Assembly: GCA_965603825.1 (NCBI GenBank)
Contig: CBFDEM010000057.1
Span: 310,001-374,000 of the forward strand
DNA: 64,000 bases
Direction: 5' to 3'
From: Blepharisma stoltei ATCC 30299
Taxonomy: Eukaryota; Protista; Ciliophora
Part shown: piece by piece, positions 50,657 through 61,613 of the stretch
How positions within the stretch are numbered: the stretch's first letter is position 1
Layout: the number at the start of each line of letters is the position of its first letter
The notes under the pieces: model-generated
The model's database searches: none
What the model was told of the DNA's origin: nothing
Seen by the model: only the letters and a program-made list of their open reading frames with translations
Position numbers and translations under genes: made by a program

Positions 50657-51236
50657 GGTTTATACTTGATGCATATTTAGTTTTACCATATTCGAATTAG
50701 AGCGACGAATTATTAAAGTTGAGGAAAATAAAAATGATTACGACAGCAAATTTTGCATGGCAAATTTACTTGAATTATGAGCTCTCTGAGCTTTTCAAAA
50801 AATTTGGATATAAACATGTCGCATTTAATTAAATTTTAGCAAATTTCTGAAAATTTGAGTGATGTGCGCTTACCACTTACTCAACTCAACAATTTAATTT
50901 TCCTATTTAAAGTGTGGCCAGTATGGATTAGTTTGATTAGATAGTTTGTTTCAGACCACATGAGATGCTAGATACAAATATAGCTTCGATAAATTTAAAT
51001 TAATTATCACATACGTAATTACAGGGACTAAACTTCTTAGCTGATAGAATGTCACCCTATTTTCTTATACTAGATCAATTTGCAAACGCTTTTGGCTGCT
51101 TACAAGGTACGACAGTCTCTTTTAACTTGCTTTAGGTTTAGTATATGCATAGTAAAATTATATTGAATCTAATTTTTAAGTTGTGATATCAACGCATTAA
51201 ATCTAACACACAAGCAATTAACTGTTTAAATTTAAT

Positions 51237-52391
51237 TTAATAATGATTTGGAAGATCAATCATCTTATCATCAATCCACACCCCTTCAATTATCCTTCCA
51301 TCAATATAAATGCTTTTCCCTTTTCCATTTCTTTTCCCTTGGCTTCAGTTTCCCTCATAAACTTCACCAGTTTGATATTTTCTAACTCCAAATCCATCAA
51401 AAACTCCATTTTTGAAGTTTCCCTCATAAGTGTCGTTATCAGCCCATATGATTTTCCCTTTACCATTTCTTAAGTTATTTTTAAACTCTCCTTCATAAAT
51501 AAACCCATGAGAAAAATAATAAACCCCAAATCCATTCTTTGCATCATCAAAAAATTCACCTTCATAGCAGTCCCCATGGCAACGACTGCCATCTGCTCAA
51601 ATAAATTTTCCTTTCCCATTTTTCTTGTCCAATTTATATTCTCCTTCATATATGTTTCCGTTTGCAAAGCATGTGATGCCTTCTCCATCCCTTAAGTCAT
51701 TTCGCCACTCTCCTTCATATCAGCTTCCATTATTCCAAATGAATTTTCCAAAGCCATGTCTTTTCCCATTCTTCACTTCTCCTTTATACTCTCCGTCCTC
51801 ATAGCTCTTTACTACGATTTTTGCTGAATTTTTGTTAATTCTTGCAGGACTATTTTCTTCTTTTCCTATAAAATCTTCAATTTCCTTTAAAAAATTTTTT
51901 AAGATCCAGCTATCGAATGGCGTCATCAAAACTTTTGGCAAGCAAGCTTCAAAGTGCTTGCTTGAAATATCAATATTTTGGAAATTTATTTCATTCATCG
52001 AAACATCTATCAAACTTTCATCCAATTTGTTTTGATTTTGTGTTTGGATATCTTCAGTTCTAATTATTTTTTTAATCAAATCATCATATCTCTTATTTAT
52101 GGCTCTGAATGAGAGAAGAGTTGATTTTAAGGTGCTTTCAATGTAATTTATTGCTAAATTTGCTTCATATATGATTGACTCTTGCCATTCGGAAACTTTT
52201 CGCTTTTTATAAAGAATGTGTTTGATAACTTTTTGCTTGTCTTCTTTTGGGATGGCAATGGAAAGAGGTGTAAGTTGATGAGGAGGTGTAAGATGATTAT
52301 GAATGTGGTCACTACAGAAATATGCAGTTGTGAAACAATTGCATAAATATTTGACAGGCTTATGGCACTTTGAAATTGTGCATCCTATCAT
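51237..52391 (-). CDS. MORN-repeat protein with N-terminal Cys/His (B-box-like) motif and coiled coil
   Basis: CxxxxC...CNC...FCSDHIHNH start, then repeated YEGE(W/F)xNxxxxGxG units. Single frame to TAA 51237-51239 with UGA=Trp. Confidence 0.85.
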
Positions 52392-52732
52392 TTTAACTCT
52401 ATAAAATAGAAATATGCTTTAGAGAATTGCAAAATATCTAACCCTTTAATATTAAACTTATAGAAGACTTTTACTTATTTGACTTTAGAGCCAATAAATT
52501 TAAACCATTTAAAATAAAATTTTAGTAGTTGAATTCATCAGCAATTTTTGTATTTTTTATTCATGAGTAAAAATGCAAAAATAACATCAAAAAGTACTTT
52601 CTTTTAATAGAGGATGAATACTTTGAATAATTGCATTAATAAAGTTATTTTATAATGGCTAACTAAATAAACTATCAAAACTACAGCAGAGCTTAAGGTT
52701 TAAATTTAAAGAATAATATCGGATTATTTGTA

Positions 52733-54733
52733 TTAAAATATATTGCAGTTCCTAGTTTCTGTTTTCCCTGACCCCATTCCATGTTTTTTCAAAATTTGGT
52801 ATATTTCATCCTTGTAATTCTTTTCAGCATAGTCAAGTGCTGTGTAATTTTCAATAGTTTTATTATCCATATTTACTCCCATTTGCAGCAGTTCCTCTAT
52901 AATTTCTTTTTTTCCACTTTTTGCAGCTAAGTGTAAGGCTGTCTCTAATTTTTTATTCACAATATTTATATTTGCACCTTTGCCTTTTAAATTCTTTATC
53001 ATTTCAAGGTTCCCATTTTCAGCAGCATTCATAAATGCTGTGGAGCCATTATGATCTTTAATGTCGATATCAAATTTGTGATTTAAAAGCCACAATAATA
53101 TTGCTTCCTTTTGAAATTCTGAAGCTAAAAGCATAAGAGGCTTATAATATACATCAATAGCAGAAACTCTGCTTTGTGAATAAAGCATTAAAGTCTCATT
53201 AAAATTCGGCTCAATTTCTATAGCAATCTCAAGAATCCTTATTGCCAAATCTTCTGGTCCTTTATATGTATAATATCTTGCTGCTTCATATAAAATATCA
53301 AACGGAAATTTTGTTTTTTTCAGATATTCGTAGCTCAAGAAAACGTCAATCATTTCAGAGTTCGAAATCAAAAAATTTTTGAAATGTGAGCACTTAAAAT
53401 AAGAGAATGAATTGCTGATGAAATACATCAATAATTCGTTATTTCCAGATTTTATAGCTGTGCATACAGGATTGCAGTATTTAGAATCAAAAAAGTCTGT
53501 GTTTTGCAAGTTTGCTTCAATGAAGAGATTAAGAATTGAAATATCTTCTTTTATTGCAGCATTTGTTATGGATGGCAGTTCTCCTGGGTCTGATATTTTA
53601 ATCCAGGTCCAATATTCTCTTCCATCAAGGTCCTTTTTAAGTGCAGTGTTGTTTGGGAACGGAACTGGGCATATATCAACATTATTTTTCATAAACAGCA
53701 AGACCAAGTTTTTGTATCCAAAATTAATAGCAGCATTGACTAATGTTTTTTCAGAGACATTTGAATGGAAGCTTAAGTCCAGCCCATTTCATATCAAAAT
53801 TCTAAAAATTTGTATCAACAAGTTTTCTTCTAGATTTGATCCTATGATCTCTAATTGAGGATAGGTTCATACTTCTACTTCTTCATCCTCTTCTTGATAG
53901 CGCATTAGATTTATATCTCCTCCTAAGCTAATTCATTCTGTGAGGCTGTTTATATCACTTGAAGATTTCATTTCAAACAAAACATCTCCAATATTTCTAG
54001 TGATTACTTGAACTCCAAAGGCTATTAGCAATTCAATTGCACTTTGGTTGTCATAGTCAGGGAGGAAAAGAGTTTTTAATCGAGTTTTTGTGTGTTTGAA
54101 ATGCTTATCGTTTGCAATTTCAGAGAGACTTTTTAACCCTTTGCAGTTGCTCAAATCAAGCAACTCAAGCTTTCACAAACTTTTTATAATCAGCTTGAAT
54201 TCTCCAACAGTAACATTTGTATTGCCTGCATACAGTTTCTTTATGTTAGGGAAATTTTTGACTAAAAAATTGAACTTCATTGCTTTGCTTTCATTATTTG
54301 TGATTCTTAATTCTTCTAGGTTGTGCTCGAATTTGGCTACTCCTGGCTTTCTTGGGTTTTTTTCAGTGACTATTTTATCAATAGAAGTCCAAAGAATCCC
54401 TAAATCAATCTTATTATTAGTAAGATCCAATTTCTTGAGTCAAGGTTGCGAAATGATTAAATTGGCTAAAAATTGCTCTTCTATTATATACACATTGCGT
54501 AGATTGAGAGAAAGCATTCTTCAGCCATCTAAAAACCTTGAAAGAGGAGCCCTAATGTCAATACTTCCTGAGTAAAATTTGGGATTCCTAGATCCCTCAA
54601 ATGAGATATAATGCTGAGCATTTTGCAGAATTTGGCTTCACTTTTTACACACTAATAAAAGATTTGCAATTTGGCTTCATGGACCGACTATAGTTAAAAT
54701 ATATGAAAGAACAGGAGCAGGGAGTTTATTCAT
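52733..54733 (-). CDS. F-box-like / LRR / ankyrin-repeat protein, paralog 4 (666 aa), with C-terminal CaaX (CNIF)
   Basis: MNKLPAPVLSYILTIVGPW...VCKKWS; LELLDLSNC; GSTAFMNAA, ETALHLAA, TALDYA; ends RNCNIF*. Confidence 0.82.
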
Positions 54734-55293
54734 TATCGAATTATTAATTTCAGAAACCATTATCATCTTATAGCTCATTTTATTTTATAATTTATTTGTA
54801 ACTTTGTAAAGTTTGAATGATATTGCAAGCTTTAAAAACTAAACCACTTGGGAAATGTATAATAAAATGCAATGATTTTATGCTGAATTAGAAAGAAAAA
54901 ATAATTAAAAATAAAGGCTATTTTAGAGCTAGATGGCGAAATATCATAATTAACTTATTTTTGATTTTTATAATAAATTAATCCATAATAAATTAAGAGC
55001 TTAAATATCCATAAATAGATATAATTATGGGTACTATTACCTCTTCACACAAATTTCTGTTCGACCATATTGATTTATAGATCTTGTTGCAACAATTTAA
55101 ATTATCTAGCATTATCTTAGAGCGTCTGTTTAGAATCTAATATGCGAAAATTGCTTAAATATGTTTAATGAACTCTATTATAACAATCTCCACATATTTT
55201 AATATGCACTATTTGCATCTATCTCGATCCAATTTTATATATTTTGTATTTGGAATTATTTCACCAAATTACCCTAATCCTATATAAATAATA

Positions 55294-57517
55294 ATGGGTG
55301 AAAATTATAAATCACTTAGCTACTGCAAAGGAATTAGCTTTACGACTTTTGACAACGTTCCTTCTGAAAAGCAATCAAATGATTTTTTTGACGACCTTGG
55401 TGGAAATAAAGTAAACTGTAACTCAGGATAATATAAACCGTGTCATGAGAGGCGATAACTCTTACAGTTGGTCTGACTACGGTCAAGACGTGCTTAAAAT
55501 TATGTACCCATGGATTGCCTGTATTGCTGCAGCCCTAATCGTTTTCATTTTGGCTATTCTTTACCGATGTATCAAAAAGATGTGCTGTAAAAACAAAATA
55601 AAGGCTTCAAATAAATATGTCAGAAGGACATGCATTCTCGGAACAGTTGTATTTACTGGCTTAGCTATTGCCAGTGTCTCAATTCTTCTTTGATACACAG
55701 ATTATGTATATCAAGGAATCCAGCAGGTTCGCTGCGCTTCGGGTAGAATTCCACATGAAATCATATATGGAAGCAAAAACGAAAGTTGGGTAGGCCTTGA
55801 TCAAGGAATTGCAGACACTGACGAAGTTATTGAGCAGCTTAATTACAACTTCCCTACTGACACTCTAGAAACATGGGCCGGCTCTGACTGAATGAATGAT
55901 GCTGATGATGATATTGAGACGCTAATTAACGCTTACTATGACAAGTATAATGGAAAGTAAGAAATATTTAGACAAGTCGCAAATCCAAATCCACTAGCAG
56001 CACAGGGGTCAACAGTCGTGACAAATTATACAAACCATTTAGGTCCAACTGACGATAAAGAAACTTTTTCAGGGATTATTATGTATGAGTCTGACGCCAA
56101 GTTGATACAAGTCATTGAGGTCATGATTGAAATAAAGAATACGACTCTAGATTCGCTTAGCCAGATGGAAGAAATCACGAATGAGCTAGAAGAGTCCAAA
56201 ACCAGCTTAGTTGAGTTCAAGAATGGGACTGAAGACATAAATGATCACATCAAAGACTGGATATTGGACCAAAATGAGTGGGTGAAAGGCTCTTGGAATG
56301 TCATGTATTCTTCTGAAATGGCCATTGGATATATCATTCTCAGCAGCACAATTTTAACGTTAACTATAGTTCTGCTAGGACTATATAGGCATGCGAAGTT
56401 CTTGCACTGCTGCTGGATTTTCTTTGGGTTCCTAGGAGTGCTTGGATTTATAGCTACCACTCTCATAGTTGGGGCTAGTGTCGGCCTGCATGATTCATGC
56501 CGCTTTGCTAAAGATGCGATAACTACCAAAGGTCTGCACGAATATACAGTACTTTTCCCCGAAGATACTGCAGATTATTTAAATGTCTGCTTTAATGAAG
56601 ATGGAGATTTAGCAAAATATCTAAATTTGACTGAAGAGCTTTCCTACGCCTATGCAATTCTTAATATGTCCTCAGAATTTCAGAACTATGATATCAATGC
56701 AACATACCTGACTACTTTTGAATCAGTCAAAATCAATGAAAAAGCTGTAAGCGTTACTTAGGCCACGTTTTATCAAACTAATTACCTTTATACAGTAGAT
56801 CCATCTGTCAGCGAGGAAGACCAGCCAGCAACTGTTTTAGCGTTATTGAATAGCTGGAGCAATTATGATTACGATGATAACTCATTACAGAAAGTTGAAG
56901 GAAAATGCACAACTTTTAGCGTTGACGAGTGGGTGATTGAAGAAAGCCAATGCGAAGATGGTTATACCTATGTGAATTCTTCCGATCCAAGTAATAACGT
57001 TGGAAAGCCCTCTTGCCTTGTTCTAACTGAATGGACCTCAGAGAACGTTACAAGCAGATATTCAGGATATTTGCAGTGCTCAGCTGTAAACCCATTTAAT
57101 ACAGTTGAAAATACAATTCTTCAGTATCATAACCAATTTGTGGTATACATGGAAAGTGTTGACACTTTATTTACTCAGATAAGTGGGGATTTAGTAGCAC
57201 TTAATACAGCGCTTGTAGGCTATGGAGATAAAACAGCCAAGCAGGCAGAGAAAGCTGAATATTACTTCAATGTGGATTTAGCTGACCTAATGAATGCTTT
57301 GTTTGGGCAAGGAACTGGGCTTCTTTCAGAGCTTAATTGCGGCTTTATTAAGTCTATTTATGATGATTTGAACACTTCAGTCTGCAAAAATGTTGTTCCT
57401 AGTATGCTGTTTTTGTTTACGTTCGGAACAATTCTTAGTATCTCAGCTTTACTCTTAATGTTCACAAATCTCTATTTATCTCGTAGATTGAGAAAGCCTA
57501 ATTTACTAAGATTTTAA
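55294..57517 (+). CDS. Tweety/prominin-like 5-TM glycoprotein; exons 55294-55410, 55427-55956, 55972-56746, 56762-57517
   Basis: Removing three tiny GT-AG introns gives one frame. Topology: TM, Cys/basic loop, TM, large loop, TM, TM, large Cys-containing loop (LNCGFI...SVC), TM. Confidence 0.72.
55411..55426 (+). other. 16-nt spliceosomal intron
   Basis: gtaaactgtaActcag; restores frame; A at -6 from the 3' end. Confidence 0.85.
55957..55971 (+). other. 15-nt spliceosomal intron
   Basis: gtaagaaatAtttag; removes an in-frame TAA; A at -6. Confidence 0.88.
56747..56761 (+). other. 15-nt spliceosomal intron
   Basis: gtaagcgttActtag; removes an in-frame TAG; A at -6. Confidence 0.88.
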
Positions 57518-57778
57518 TTGGCTTAAATATTTTGGTTTATAATTAATTTTTTAACCTTTATTTCAAAGAATTTCCTTAAAAAGCACCTGATAAACCCTAA
57601 TTTTATCATATATGATTTTACTTTTAAATAGAAGAAATAAATACTGCTTAGGTCTTTTTAATAGCTTTACTCAATAAAAACAACTGCAAGCTCTCCAATA
57701 ATCACTCTATTATATGTAATATTAATACCCCACTGATCCCAAATTTGGCGCAAATTATAGGATTGTAATTGATTTTAA

Positions 57779-58417
57779 ATGTCGCATAAGTTGAGAAGGC
57801 TTCATAAACTGTCAGAATTATTCCCTAGGCAACAACCACCTCAAGCTGATCAAAGATGTCTCATTTGCATGGAACCTCCCAGAAATTCCCCTTGCGGGTT
57901 ATTAGACTGTGGACACAATCAATTTTGCTTTACTTGTATTGAGACCTGGTCTCAAATCACGAACAAGTGTCCTTTATGCAATCTAAGGTTCTACAGTATC
58001 AAAAATCTCCACACTCATGAAAAATCAGTAATCCCGGATAAAGATCAAGTGTTCTCATATGAGGATCATTACAGAGAAATCAGGTGCAGAGTGTGCCACT
58101 CGTTAGAGCAAGAAGAAATCATGCTTTTGTGTGACAATTGTGATGCAGGTTATCATACGACTTGCATTGGATTAATAGCGATCCCGAATCTAGATGAATG
58201 ATTTTGCGAAGATTGCTTGAGGAGAAAATCAGTTGAAAAGAGGGTGAAACAAATTAAAGAGATGGAAAAATGCAAAAAAGCAGAGGGAGATGATAAAGAA
58301 ATGCCTGAGCCTGCAAAAAAAAGAAAATTAAGGAGTTGTAGAGAAGTGCGTATTCCTGCGGAAAAACCAAGAAGATCGCTAAGAGCGAGAAAATCTGTTT
58401 ACCAAACTGAGGAGTAG
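57779..58417 (+). CDS. RING + PHD finger protein (PHRF1-like architecture)
   Basis: CLIC...CGHNQFCFTCIETW...CPLC RING; CRVC...LLCDNCDAGYHTTC...E-W(TGA)-FCEDC PHD. Confidence 0.88.
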
Positions 58418-58524
58418 AGTAATAAGCTTTAAATAAATTGCTAGATTTTGTGAGAATGCTAATAGAAGGAAAGGCCATATTTAGGAAAATTTTAAAAAAA
58501 CACATAACGCTTGAGGAGACTCAG

Positions 58525-58544
58525 GTCTTCTATTAATAGAAGAC
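58525..58544. promoter_or_regulatory. Perfect 20-bp palindrome centred on TATTAATA about 30 bp upstream of the tRNA
   Basis: gtcttctatt|aatagaagac. The palindrome is certain; a regulatory role is inferred. Confidence 0.5.
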
Positions 58545-58561
58545 TTAGAACTCATCTTTAC

Positions 58562-58634
58562 TCCGCATTTGTCTAGCTGGTTAGGATATCAGGCCTTCAC
58601 CCTGAAGACCCGGGTTCGAGTCCCGGATGCGGAA
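58562..58634 (+). tRNA. tRNA-Glu(TTC)
   Basis: Acceptor stem TCCGCAT/ATGCGGA, D arm GTCTAGCTGGTTAGGAT, anticodon stem TCAGG/CCTGA with loop CC-TTC-AC, T arm CCGGG-TTCGAGT-CCCGG. Confidence 0.95.
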
Positions 58635-58635
58635 C

Positions 58636-58640
58636 TTTTT
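58636..58640 (+). terminator. Pol III oligo-T terminator
   Basis: TTTTT two bases after the discriminator, followed by a further T6 run. Confidence 0.75.
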
Positions 58641-59168
58641 ATTTTTTGCATTTTATTTAAATATTCCTTAAAATTTTTAAATCCATTCAAGAAGCTAATT
58701 TCCATTTATCTATAAAACCTTAATAATCAGCAACCTCAAAGATAAAGAAAGGATAAAATAAATATATTCAACCATACCTTGATAAAGTGATTTACTTATG
58801 TCTATAGCAAGACCAATTAATAATGATACGTAATTTTATATTATTGCCCACTTACAAGCAAAATCGAAATATGCGTATTTTTATTTATTACAAAAATTCA
58901 TCGTAAAAATATTCCCGATATGAGAAAAATCAAGTAATGTGAGTAATTAATTTTTTTACAAGGGTAATTTTTAATCTAATTAGCTTTTTTGGACAGGAAT
59001 TAAACTTCAAAATTTTAAAAATAGGCAAAAATGAAGTGATAAAAAAAATCATAGTGGTGAGGCATCGTGTGAAGGAACCAATTTTTTTATCTTTCTCGAT
59101 ATTAAATTATTCAAATTGAGACTTAATAACTAAGCATGAATAATTGATTTATAAAAAATATTAAATAG

Positions 59169-60167
59169 ATGGGTAATAGCTGTCTAAAGCTAAAGCGCGA
59201 GAACTATCCAAAAAAAATCGAAATAATTGCTAGGGAGAGGACCTTCTGGCTGCGCTCAGCCCCAGACTCATTCTTAGCGCTCGATTCAATGATACATTGC
59301 TCGGCAAAAAAGTATTGCCCCAATTCTGATCCTTTGATTTATTATTTAATCACGTACACAAATAAGAGTGCAGGCTTTCACCTAAAGATATTAGATGACA
59401 AGTCGTATAGAGCTGCTTTGAGATCTTCTAAAGGAGAAGTTCTGACTTTAAATATAGAGCCTCAAAGCTATCGTAACATGGTTTGCTTTTCTATAAAGAA
59501 AACAGGGATACTCAGTTTTGATTCTCTCCTATCAGGCATTTTACCTAGAGTATCAGAACTTGAAGAAAACGTAGCATCACTACTGCAGGCTTATGATGCA
59601 ATTTTGAAATTTTCGCGATGCTTCTCTATGAAGTGTAGCTGTCCATCTTTTCAAATGGCAGTAACTAGTCTTTTACTGGCTATTTTAAGTGACTGCAAAA
59701 ATAAAGGCAGCATTTATAGCTTTTTACCTCGATTTCCTTTCATTGAATTCAATACTGATATTTTAGGCTCTGAAGGGAAAGAAGCTGCAAAATACTGGAC
59801 GGATTTAGTTTTTTATTTAGAAAAAGTTCTTCCTATTATTAACGAGGTTTGTGGAGTATTTCAAAGAATGCATCAAATTATTCAATTCGAAGTTGATCAT
59901 TTTGAGAAAAGCAAAGAAATTGACTTGAATGTTTTGCTAGAAAATTCCAAAAGCATGGCACACTGCAAACTTATAGGAGCTCCATTGGAGGCAAAAATTA
60001 AAAATATTTATAAAAGCATAGAAGAAGCAGCTTCAAGTCTTAGCAAGCCCCAAAATCAAAAGTTTCTTAAAGAAGCGCATGAAATGATAAAACTTTCAAG
60101 AACATCTGATGCAGATGCTGCAATAGGACTATTCGGGCTAAAAAGTAATCTAAGAACAAGTGTATAA
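59169..60167 (+). CDS. Hypothetical protein: N-acylation signal (MGNSC), possible PB1-like domain, helical C-terminal half
   Basis: 332-aa ATG-TAA ORF with G2 and C5; YLITYTN...KILDDKSYRAAL...LTLNI resembles the PB1 C-terminal pattern. Confidence 0.7.
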   Translation: MGNSCLKLKRENYPKKIEIIARERTFWLRSAPDSFLALDSMIHCSAKKYCPNSDPLIYYLITYTNKSAGFHLKILDDKSYRAALRSSKGEVLTLNIEPQSYRNMVCFSIKKTGILSFDSLLSGILPRVSELEENVASLLQAYDAILKFSRCFSMKCSCPSFQMAVTSLLLAILSDCKNKGSIYSFLPRFPFIEFNTDILGSEGKEAAKYWTDLVFYLEKVLPIINEVCGVFQRMHQIIQFEVDHFEKSKEIDLNVLLENSKSMAHCKLIGAPLEAKIKNIYKSIEEAASSLSKPQNQKFLKEAHEMIKLSRTSDADAAIGLFGLKSNLRTSV

Positions 60168-60236
60168 AATTTAATAGAAGTAAGACTTTAATTTAAATCT
60201 ATTCCTGAAACATATAATTTAAAAGTAAAAAGGAAA

Positions 60237-61379
60237 TTAAACAGTTCCATATTGAGTATGGACATTAAATCCTACTTTTCCATCGTCTCCTTCATAAGAG
60301 CCAAGTTCTTTATCTGATGCAGGCTTCTTTAGCATCGAAGCTTGTGGTTTATGGCTTTTCAGCCAACTCCAAATTCCCGAAATTGCGTCTCCACATGAAT
60401 CTTCACATATTTTTTCCCCATTAACTCTTTTATTATACATGTATCACAGAAGCCACATTCCACCTCCACCAGCTAAAATCAATAGTATAACTCCCCAGCT
60501 AATTTTGCTTTTGCTTTTTCTTATGCTCCCACACTTTTTAAAGAAGTGCAGCTCTATATCATGAAAATATGGGATCTCGATGACTAAAACTAATTCTTCT
60601 TTAACCCCATCATCAACCAGACAATTAAAATTTATCTGTAACTCTTTTCTTTCACTATCAAGCCATCCTCCAGTCATTGCGCTCCCATTAAGAGTAGGAT
60701 ACATAACTTCATGATCTGTAATGATATAAGGACTCTTCAGAAAAGTTTTGGTAATTTCATCAGTCATATAAATATATACCAAAATATCGTCTAGATCACT
60801 AGAAACTGTATATGAGTCATCTTTTGTATTCCCATCAAAAAGTAAAGTAGGGATGCCATCATAGGCAAGCTCTGCTGAGTTTGTTCCAAACCCAACTGAT
60901 AGACCTGACCTCGTTGTAGTTGGCTGACCACATATTTTCAGCCAATTTACTGTGATTGGGTCACACCCAGATGCTCCAAATGTTACATTCATGTGTAGAG
61001 TCGTCCCACCTTCTCTATTTAAGCACTCTTGCTCTACTTTATATACTGTATATTCACTGAATAAGCCAGAAATTTTTTCATCTTTTGTCACATTCATCCA
61101 AACCCACTTGTGGTCGTCTGGCTTGGCTTCGTCCTCATGGTGGAATTCAATTGATTCAAAATCAGGACCTATAAGCTCAAGTCCACGAATATACAAATAA
61201 AGTATTGCTTCACTGGGTGGAGATTTATAAGCTGCATTTTGAAAAGTCCAGCCAGGCTGAATAACTCCTGACGACACAATATCGCCAATTTTTCCATTGT
61301 CAGAGCCAATATCGATTTGTGAGCAGAATAAAGCTGTGGAATATGTGATGACGAAAGCGAAAATTAGTCGTTTTCCCAT
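60237..61379 (-). CDS. Type I membrane protein with Cys-containing lumenal domain and a tail ending in YxxPhi (YGTV)
   Basis: Signal peptide, one TM (ISWGVILLILAGGGGMWLL-W-Y), YNKRVNG juxtamembrane segment reminiscent of ATG27/M6PR tails; joined across TGA 60444. Confidence 0.72.
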
Positions 61380-61613
61380 TTTTATTAATTTAAAAGTTCT
61401 TTATTTGTGTCGAAAAGATCGTAATTGAAATAGCTATAGATTTAGCAGGCATATTTTAAATATAAAATTATATAATTTTTCAAATTTAACTTTAAATATT
61501 TAATCCATAGGAAATTGTTAAGTCCTGATTAATAAAAATCAGCTAATAAGATATAGATTATCTAAATATAGTGCTGAAATAAAATGAAACAAAATTTTTA
61601 GAAATTAGATTTT

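Noticed and set aside
51400-51420. Suspected +1 frameshift in the MORN gene T-run
   Set aside because: Recounting gives TTC AAA AAT GGA in frame; gene length is a multiple of 3.
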